A DNA stretch of 64,000 nt from Nitriliruptoraceae bacterium. Its GTDB lineage: Bacteria; Actinomycetota; Nitriliruptoria; Nitriliruptorales; Nitriliruptoraceae. The translations under genes were made by a program, and so were the position numbers. The stretch covers positions 2,408 through 66,407 of the forward strand of contig SLRZ01000120.1 of NCBI GenBank assembly GCA_007130695.1, written 5' to 3'. Positions 62,943 through 64,000 of this stretch are shown piece after piece. Under the pieces are notes generated by a model. The model searched no databases and was not told the DNA's origin. It saw only the letters and a list, made by a program, of their open reading frames with translations. The first letter of the stretch is position 1. Each line of letters begins with the position of its first letter.

Positions 62943-64000
62943 TCAGGTCGTTGGGTCACGTTCGTCCTCCTTTTCTGCACCGGTGCGGACAGGTGCATCG
63001 GGTCGCTCGAACGGCGAGTCCCCCGACATCGCGCCGACCGGGAGTTCTTCTCCCCGGATGCGCCGCAGCAGGATGAACCACACGGCGAAGATCACCGTGA
63101 TCACGGCCGGGACCATCCAGATGCCGGCGTCGCCCATTCCGCTGAAGATCGCCCCGATACCCAGGACCAGCCAGGCGATGACGTACCAGTCGGGGTCGGC
63201 CAGGGTGGCGAGCTCCGGGGCGGTATCGGAGAGCATGCCCCAGGTCAACGCCTGGCCGATGGCGAGGAACGTGCCGTTGATGAGGCCTCCCAGGACCGCG
63301 CCACGCCAGCCGGCGATGGCGTTGCCGAACACCGCGGCCGCAGCGCCGGGGAAGAAGAGCATGATCATCGGTGGCACCAGCACGAACCAGCCGGCAGCCG
63401 CGAAGATGCCCATGAAGACCAGGAAGATCGCGGTCGATGACACGAACCCGACCATCACGGCGGTGGGCGCGAAGGGGAAGACCACCGGGGCGTCGAGGGC
63501 AGGGCGGGAGTTGGGGATCAGGCGCTCACTGATGCCCTTGAAGGCCGGCACGATCTCGGCCAGGAACATCCGCACGCCGTAGAGCAGGATGGCGATACCG
63601 GCGGCGAAGCGCAGGCCGGCGATCAGCGTCCAGACCCAGGGATTGATGTCCTCGTCGTAGCCTGCCGCCTGTTCGGCGAGCACGGCCTGGTCGGCGAAGA
63701 AGGCCGCGACCAGGATGATGACCATGATCACCACGGCGGTCGAGACGTTGATGTCCTTGAAGAACGACAGCCGCTTGGGCATGTTGATGTTCTCGGTGTC
63801 GTGCTCCTCCTTCGTGCCCAGCGGCTTGCCGAGGCGGCCGGCCATCCAGCAGGCCAGGCTGCTGGTGTGACCGAACCCGAAGTCGTCGCTACCGATCACC
63901 TTGCGCATCAACGGTGCGAGCACGAGTGGCTGGATGGTCCAGTACAGCGCGACCACGACCGCACCCGACACCACCAGGGTCCAGCGCTCCACGTCACCGA
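62943..64000 (-). CDS. PTS EIIC component, UlaA/SgaT family; N-terminal ~130 aa lie beyond the window end
   Basis: The frame stays open to nt 64000. ALYWTIQP...FGFGHTSSLACWMAG...FFKDINVSTAVVM...AGIAILLYGVRMFLAEIVPAFKGISERLIP aligns by eye with E. coli UlaA. Confidence 0.9.
   Translation of the reverse strand, partial: GDVERWTLVVSGAVVVALYWTIQPLVLAPLMRKVIGSDDFGFGHTSSLACWMAGRLGKPLGTKEEHDTENINMPKRLSFFKDINVSTAVVIMVIILVAAFFADQAVLAEQAAGYDEDINPWVWTLIAGLRFAAGIAILLYGVRMFLAEIVPAFKGISERLIPNSRPALDAPVVFPFAPTAVMVGFVSSTAIFLVFMGIFAAAGWFVLVPPMIMLFFPGAAAAVFGNAIAGWRGAVLGGLINGTFLAIGQALTWGMLSDTAPELATLADPDWYVIAWLVLGIGAIFSGMGDAGIWMVPAVITVIFAVWFILLRRIRGEELPVGAMSGDSPFERPDAPVRTGAEKEDERDPTT

Overview
Very GC-rich chromosomal segment (about 70% by eye, not computed) of actinobacterial type, densely coding. 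I call 54 CDS (one truncated at each window edge), one initiator tRNA-Met, several hairpin terminators and a few regulatory or repeat elements. I saw no rRNA, CRISPR array, transposase, integrase or phage genes. Layout: (1) 0-4.2 kb, alternating PAS histidine kinases and universal stress proteins. (2) 4.3-13.4 kb, housekeeping-type enzymes plus a translationally coupled HAD-Fic pair and a DUF45/DUF2342 zincin-like pair. (3) 13.5-25.5 kb, a co-directional run of nine envelope-associated genes: SDR epimerase, small TM protein, anchored S8 protease, PDZ-Lon protease, polytopic orphan kinase, FecR-like repeat protein, UPF0182. (4) 26.7-32.8 kb, tRNA-fMet followed by a visibly lower-GC stretch: two unknown proteins, GNAT, GAF-ANTAR regulator, and a BfaA/BfaB-like FAD-oxidoreductase plus Cfa-methyltransferase pair. 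(5) 32.8-39.5 kb, ArsR-rhodanese regulator with MFS pump, and a P-type ATPase coupled to CorA. (6) 39.5-46.2 kb, a GH65 phosphorylase / tandem USP / GT4 / GDE-like glycan cluster. (7) 46.7-57.8 kb, kinase-fold, redox and lipid-activation genes. (8) 57.9-64 kb, one tight operon holding a complete PTS (Ula-type IIC/IIB/IIA, SIS protein, DasR-like GntR, HAD, HPr, EI). The strongest signal not explained by genes is a phased, mirrored array of DnaA-box-like heptamers (GTCCACA) in the 510-bp gene-free gap at 10.8-11.3 kb, with no dnaA/dnaN nearby. All functional calls rest on motifs read from the translations and remembered family knowledge. No database search was run.
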